Position numbers and translations under genes: made by a program. The notes beneath the pieces are model-generated. The model saw nothing but the letters and a program-made list of their open reading frames with translations. It did no database searches and was not told where the DNA came from. From the NCBI GenBank assembly GCA_951406725.2, contig OX597820.1, forward strand, positions 67,704,001-67,768,000: a stretch of DNA of 64,000 nt, read 5' to 3'. Source of the DNA: Octopus vulgaris (taxonomy: Eukaryota). Position 1 is the first letter of the stretch. Each line of letters begins with the position of its first letter. Positions 57,627 to 64,000 of the stretch are shown piece after piece.

Positions 57627-57830
57627 TGGCTTCAAATTTTGGCGCAAAGGCAGCAAGCTCGGGGTCGGGATGAGTCGATCACATCGACCCAAGTCCTCAA
57701 TTGGTACTTATATTAAAAGAATGAAAGGCAAAGTCGACCTCGGTGGAATTTAAACTCAGAGCGTAAAGATGGGCGAAATGCCGCTACGTATTTTACTCAG
57801 AGTACTAAAAATTCTGCCATTTTGCAGCTT
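57627..57830 (-). mobile_element. SINE family A, degenerate
   Basis: ATGAAAGGCAAAGTCGACCTCGGTGGAATTTAAACTCAGAGCGTAAAG. Confidence 0.82.
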
Positions 57831-57849
57831 TAATAATAATAATAATAAT

Positions 57850-58646
57850 GTGACATGGTTATGGCTGCAGAAAGGAAAGCTGAGGAGGGAGAGAGAAAGT
57901 GTGTTAGTTGCTGCATAAGATCAAGTATTAAGGACTAATTGTATAACATCCAACATAAACTAAAACCAAGTAGATTCCCAATGTGGATTATGCAAATGAA
58001 AAGAGGCAAGCGTTACTCATATATTAAGTGAATGTAGCATGCTGGTACAGAAAGAATAGAAGAAAAGACATGACAATCTAGGGAGAGCAATCCACTGAGA
58101 GTTATGTAGAAAGCTAGAATTTGAACATATTGGATAAATGTTACGAACATGAACCTAGAAAAATACTAGAAAGTAAGAAGTACAAGATGTTGTGGGGCTT
58201 CAACATACAGACTGAGCGAGTAATAGAAGCCAGAAAGCATGATTTGGTAGTAGTAGTAGTAGATAAAGTGAATAGAAAGTGCCAGATAATTGACTTTACA
58301 GTCTCAAATGATGAAAACATTTATATGAGGAGAATAGAAAAAATAGCCTGGGCCTAGCTATTGAATTACAGAGACTATGGAAAGTGCGGGTAAAATGTAT
58401 CCCAGTAGTTATAGGTGCATTGAGAACTGTCCCTAAAGATTTAAGCAGATAAATAGAGGAAATAGTCATAAAACCCAGTTTAGTACAGCTGTAGAAAACA
58501 GTGCTATTAGGGACAGCTAGGATACTTAGGAGGATTCTTGTCATCTAAGGTTATTTGCTGTAAGGTGTCTAAGGCTACCTGTTGTAGCCCGATGTTACGA
58601 TTCTTTTCTTTTCCAGCAGTCTAATCTCTTGAGCATATATGAATAA
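57850..58646 (+). pseudogene. 5'-truncated R4/Dong-like LINE: zinc knuckle, RLE endonuclease relic and 3' UTR
   Basis: TWLWLQKGKL..AA*DQ..CGLCK*KEASVTHILSEC..KKRHDNLGRAIH*ELC..MLWGFNIQTERVIEARKHDLVVV..QIIDF..IPVVIGAL..KTVLLGTARILRRIL*; directly after (AAT)n. Confidence 0.92.
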
Positions 58647-58818
58647 GGGTGGAGCACTCGCAGAAAACAGCATTGCTTGGAACCGCTCGAATACTCCGGA
58701 AGGTGCTCGAAAAATAAGGGGTGTTACCTTAGTTCACTGGTAGTGAACAGCTGACAGTGTAGTACATCTCCAGCGTTAGAAGCTGTGCAAAGGCAATAAT
58801 AATAGTAATAATAATAAT
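58647..58818 (+). mobile_element. 3' end of a second R4/Dong-like LINE family with (AAT)n tail
   Basis: EHSQKTALLGTARILRKVLEK* (stop 58715-58717), different 3' UTR, AATAATAATAGTAATAATAAT tail. Confidence 0.88.
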
Positions 58819-59050
58819 ATATACTGGTGAAGCAACGAGGCAAGAAGTGATTGTAGGGGATAAAAAAGAAAAAAAAAACAGTATAAGACCATAGAAATTG
58901 CAATACTTTCCTCCAATACCCGTAAAAGTCACGAAGGAGCGAGGATCAAAATAACGTATACATTTATTTTGAATACACTCTTTTACACTTGAATGTAAAA
59001 CGCATTCGCAGCAGGAAAATGTACACATGTTGATATATATGCGCATGCAC

Positions 59051-59110
<60 letters not shown>

Positions 59111-59323
59111 AATCACACGTGCCGTTTCCAGTAGTCATTAAAGGTTCGTTATCGATAGGTTTACTCAATCAGCCCATTGATTGAGAAAATTGAACGCCTT
59201 AGAAAATTAATATTTCTTTCGTCAGAGTTATTTCTGGTTATAGCCAAGCAAAACACTGAAAAAATGTTACAGGCATGGGAAGGGGAGTGAAGAGAAGCAA
59301 TAAATATAAGTATCTCAACACTG

Positions 59324-59361
<38 letters not shown>

Positions 59362-59370
59362 ATTACAGAT

Positions 59371-59575
59371 ATAGGATGAAATATAATTAGTTTAATAAAA
59401 TCAACAAATTTCACCTAGTAGTATTTCGGTATGGAAAAGGACCATATTCGGTAAAAATTTATATAATTATAATAATAAGGGTTTTTTGCAACAAATTGCT
59501 TTAAACCACATACCGAAAATATTAGAAATAGCAGCCAAAAGACTACTATTTCCTTTTACTACAAAAATAAGTCTC
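59371..59575 (+). mobile_element. Dispersed element between (TA)n tracts, related to the 23324-23600 sequence
   Basis: Shared ordered blocks TAGGAT.AAAT, AATTTATAT..AATTATAATA..AAGGG, TTAGAAATAG..CCAAA, ACTACAAAA with the minus strand of 23420-23595. Confidence 0.5.
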
Positions 59576-59582
59576 CACAGAG

Positions 59583-59652
<70 letters not shown>

Positions 59653-59869
59653 ACAGATATCACACGATATACTGCAGATATTGCATATGAATATGGTTGT
59701 TACTTAAGTTATGGCCCTCTTGAAACAGCTGTCGAGGTAAGACTTTACAAAATTATTCTGTTGTTTTATCTTTTTTCTTTTATTCTGTAATTTGTATTTT
59801 CATGTTCCCTTTAATTATACATCTGAAGCCTACCTGTGTTCACATACATACATACAGTATGTAATTATA

Positions 59870-60061
59870 CATGGTCCGTTGGCAATAATCTATTCTCTTT
59901 CTACTTTGGAATTTCCCTTTCTCCTTTCCGACGAAGAGCTACGGCCGAAACGTTAAATTCTCTTCTTTCACCGATGGTGAAGCTAATATACTTCTTGCGC
60001 ACGTTCTTATGTTCGTTGTTTTTTCTCCTTTTGTTTCGTTATTTATCCGTGTATTTGTATT

Positions 60062-60066
<5 letters not shown>
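59870..60066 (+). mobile_element. Penelope-like pLTR/3' fragment with hammerhead (59925-59957)
   Basis: TTT-CCGACGA-A-GAGC-TACG-GCC-GAAA-CG-TT-AAA, T-rich tail ending GAC(TA)n. Confidence 0.75.
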
Positions 60067-60143
<77 letters not shown>

Positions 60144-60330
60144 GTGTACAGAGGCGGTGAAATGGAAGACTAGTTAGAGCGTCCGGTCTTCTGAGTTCAG
60201 ACTGCACCTGATTGAACGTTGCCTTTAATACTTTTAGTATGGATAAATAATGTGCCATTCTACACGGATGGTGGTGGTGGTGGCAACTTTTGTCTCTCTT
60301 TTCTGGCGATTCTTTTTCTTCTGTTATCAG

Positions 60331-60390
60331 TTGTGTGGGACATGGAGCAGGGACGACCCCATCAAACTAAAATATGCAAGATACACCGAG
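60331..60390 (+). CDS. Candidate 60-nt internal exon (LCGTWSRDDPIKLKYARYTE or VWDMEQGRPHQTKICKIHR)
   Basis: Acceptor TTCTTTTTCTTCTGTTATCAG, donor GAG|GTATGT, length multiple of 3, two open frames, non-repetitive and GC-richer than flanks. Confidence 0.5.
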
Positions 60391-61734
60391 GTATGTTACA
60401 CACGACAATTTCTACACGACTCCAGCAGAAAAGAATTACCCGAGGACTGAAACACCCAATCGGACTGCTTAAAAAAGAGATCCATACCTTTACTTCTGTG
60501 TGTCCCAAACGCTATGACCTTCTTTTTTAATGAAAAACTATATCACCTAGTGCATTTCGGACAAATTAAACAACGATATCCCCACTCTTGTTTCAGTTAT
60601 ACTAATGGGGTGATTTCAACGCATACGTAGAAACTAATGAAGCTTTTGTTAGTTATACATTTCCCATGCTACAGCGTCCCCAATGCTGTAAGCTGTTTAT
60701 GATAGGGTCTATTTTTTTTCTTCGGTGAAATTGAACGTGTCATAACCATCCTTAAATAACGGAGATAATATATCGTTTCGGCAAGTGACTAATCTCCATT
60801 TGAAAACTCATTAAAAATATTTTCTGGTATTGTAGGGAAAGAGTATAGTCGACTGAATTGAATCTAGTTTGCTGCAGGTACATATTTGCCTAATGAAAGC
60901 AAAGTCAACCGTGAAGAGAATTGAATTCATAACTTTAAGGGACGAAACTAAATACTGCGACTCATTTTCTCCCTGGGTGTAATATTTGTATCATATCACT
61001 CTGTCATCCAACTTACTAATTAAAAATAAAATGATGTAACATCCTGTGAGAGGCGGGGAGGGGGCGAACAAAGAATAAAGTTGTCGGTTTATAGTATTTC
61101 AGACTAAAATGTTGTATGGCCATGGCTAGAATATCATTTGTTTTTATGAGTATTAAACAACAACAAAAACAATTTAGTGGCAATATAGAAAACATCAACT
61201 AATCACTATAATATTCTGTCGTTAAATGAGCAATTATACAAAATAAAGTTATCACTTATAAATTTCTGTTTTATTAAACACTTGGTGAACAATAGCGTCG
61301 GTATTTACAGATTTTACATGAACCAATTACTGGTTCATTGCATTTCTAACGATGAAAGTTAGAAGGGAATGCTTGTGTAACTCGGGAAGAACAGATGCTA
61401 TATGAGGTATGTTTATAGTTATTACTGAAAAGCTTATAGTTTTTCAAACAGTCATAACAACAAAATTGCTTTCTTTACACAAAATTTATACCAGTATATT
61501 AAAAACAGCCAAAAAACTCCCTTGAATTGTTCACCTTTTCCTCTGAAAATATTTACATTTTTTTTTGCCGGAAAGGCTCCTCCCATGGTTTTTAAGTTTT
61601 AAAAAATGGCCAAAATCGGTCCGAATAGTAATTGTAAGGCTTATAACGTTCCAAACAGCCATAACAACAAAATCACTTCTTAGATTTTTTCATAAAAACA
61701 TATACCGGTATATTAAAAAAAATTTCATTCAATA

Positions 61735-61875
61735 GTTACTTAGCGGTTCGGCAAAAGAGACCGATAGAATAAGTACTGGGCTTACAAAAGAATAAGTCCC
61801 GGGGTCGAGTTGCTCGACTAAAGGCGGTGCTCCAGCATGGCCGCAGTCAAGTGACTGAAACAAGTAAAGGAGTAA
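61735..61875 (+). mobile_element. SINE family D 3' part
   Basis: Near-identical to 54962-55097. Confidence 0.9.
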
Positions 61876-62338
61876 ATGTTTTTACATTACGTATATAGAA
61901 TAAACTATGTGTTTTCCAAATAGAGAATTAAATATTGAAATGAAAACATTGAAATCGAGAGTGAGGGTCTTTGCAAATGAAACCGAAATACCCCGCAATG
62001 AATTCAACGAATATATAAATTTGTGAAAAATTGGATTTCAAAAGTTCAATAAACTTCAGAAATCGAAATTATAGCAAATTTCTAGAAACATGAATTTCTA
62101 AAAAAAAAATTCCGGACGATCAAGCCTTTAATAATTACTTTCTTTTAGTAACTAATTGATATTACATATCTAATTGATAAGCAGCTTTCTCCATCATAAT
62201 ATAGATGTTTATATATATATATATAAATATATATATCTAATGCAAGATAAAAGTTTTCGAAAAAAATTCTATCAATGGCCAGCATATTAAAAAATACCTT
62301 TAAAGGTTAAATTCATATATAGGTGGGTGAATAAACTG

Positions 62339-62390
<52 letters not shown>

Positions 62391-62414
62391 ATGGTGTGGC
62401 TGTGTGTAATAGGC

Positions 62415-62930
62415 GTAGGCGTGGCAGTGAAACAGGCAGAGATGTAGTAGTTGATAAAGAGCTTACAGGGTTCCGTGTTCAGTTCCACTGCATGGCACCC
62501 TGGCCAAGTTACGGTATCTGAAACACAGCAGAACCGGTTGTCAATTGGTGGTGGGAGATAAACCCAGACAAAAACACATACACACTCACGCACATGTACA
62601 CACTTTAGTTTCCACTCACAAGGGTTTGGTCAGAGACTTGCCCAGGGTACCGCACAGTGGGGCTGAACCCGGGACGATGGGGATAGGAAGCAAGCATCTT
62701 ACCACAGAGCCACGTCTCCGCCTACATATCAATCACCTCGCATTAATACTGGTTATCGTCGTCCACATTCTGTACACCACCACCACCACCACTATAGGTA
62801 CTACTCATTTTTGCCAGCTGGGTGGACTGGAGCAACGTGAAATAAAGTGTCTTGCTCAAGGACACGAGGCATCGCAGGGAATTGAACTCACGACCTTACG
62901 ATCGTGAGCCGAATGCACTAAGCCACGCAC
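62415..62930. mobile_element. Degenerate SINE cluster: D plus ~62415-62575, D minus ~62605-62725, C-like minus ~62800-62930
   Basis: Family-diagnostic blocks (GCTGAACCCGG, CTTACCACAGAGCC, GTGTCTTGCTCAAGGACAC). Confidence 0.7.
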
Positions 62931-62937
62931 TTTTACC

Positions 62938-63046
<109 letters not shown>

Positions 63047-63062
63047 TTATATATAATTTATC

Positions 63063-63125
<63 letters not shown>

Positions 63126-63390
63126 GTCTGTCTGTATGTCTGTCTAGCTACCTAACTATCTATACACACATGCATATAAGGGGATGACCACTAAGTGGAC
63201 ATCCATTATGCTAGAAGTCGACCCTCTTATGGTCTTACCACTAAGAAAGGAATGTTCTCAAGAAAATTTAGCAAACGCCAGAACGTAAGAGAGCAAGACA
63301 AATGAAAAGATACCAAGTATGCATATTATACGGATTATACACACACACACGCACACACACACACACATACACACACACATATATATTTTA

Positions 63391-63430
<40 letters not shown>

Positions 63431-63794
63431 CACACATATATAACGTATAATGAATTTTTTACCTGTTTGCATTTTTTACCTATTGTGACAGTGTATCGAA
63501 GTAGTGTTTATTATTCTTAAGATGTGTAGTTCTTAGCAGTTGTGTTGACTAGTTGGTCTCTCTCTCTCCCACGTAAGAAAACGAATATCGTTTTCCCTTT
63601 CATCTTTTGTAATGACTATCATCTTAGTTATCATTTTAAGAATAATATAAAACAAGTAACCAAATATAAAGTAAATAATAAAAGTTAAAAGAATCACATA
63701 ACAGTACGTACATAGTGCATGTGTGTATATATGTGTGCGTATGATTATGTGTGTGTATATCATGTCTCTGTCACTACCTGCCTTTCACCTTCTC

Positions 63795-63829
<35 letters not shown>

Positions 63830-63831
<2 letters not shown>

Positions 63832-64000
63832 TTTTATTCGTTTACTTGTTTCGGTCATTTGACTGCAGCCATGCTGAAGCACCGCCTTTAAGCGAAGAAA
63901 TCGACCCCAGGACTTATTTTTTTGTAAGCCTAGTACTTATTCTATCAGTATCTTTTGCCGAACAGCTATGTTGTGGGGACGTGAACACATCAGCATCGAT
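63830..64000 (-). mobile_element. SINE family D 3' part, runs off the window end
   Basis: TACTTGTTTCGGTCATTTGACTGCAGCCATGCTG..ATCGACCCCAGGACTTA. Confidence 0.88.

Overview
Eukaryotic, AT-rich, extremely microsatellite-dense, largely non-coding DNA. Its tRNA-derived SINE families match what I recognise from Octopus (coleoid cephalopod) genomes; this is recognition, not a database result. No complete gene can be supported, and almost all ORFs in the track are microsatellite translations. Main content: (1) a ~9.8-kb near-identical direct duplication (14464-24309 vs 24410-34215) either side of a 100-N gap, probably an unmerged contig/haplotype overlap; (2) inside it a ~2-kb 36/39-bp tandem array with a 549-bp higher-order unit, frame-preserving length variants and three almost fully open reading frames; (3) a family of ~200-bp T-rich elements inserted in (TA)n tracts, each carrying a minimal type I hammerhead-ribozyme motif as in Penelope-like elements; (4) many SINEs of four families, some with TSDs or as inverted pairs; (5) R4/Dong-type RLE-LINE relics, an internally deleted mariner and Tc1/mariner/pogo MITEs; (6) long near-perfect palindromes and a 5.7-kb-spaced inverted repeat; (7) two candidate small + strand exons and a candidate X-box/HSE regulatory patch near the right end.
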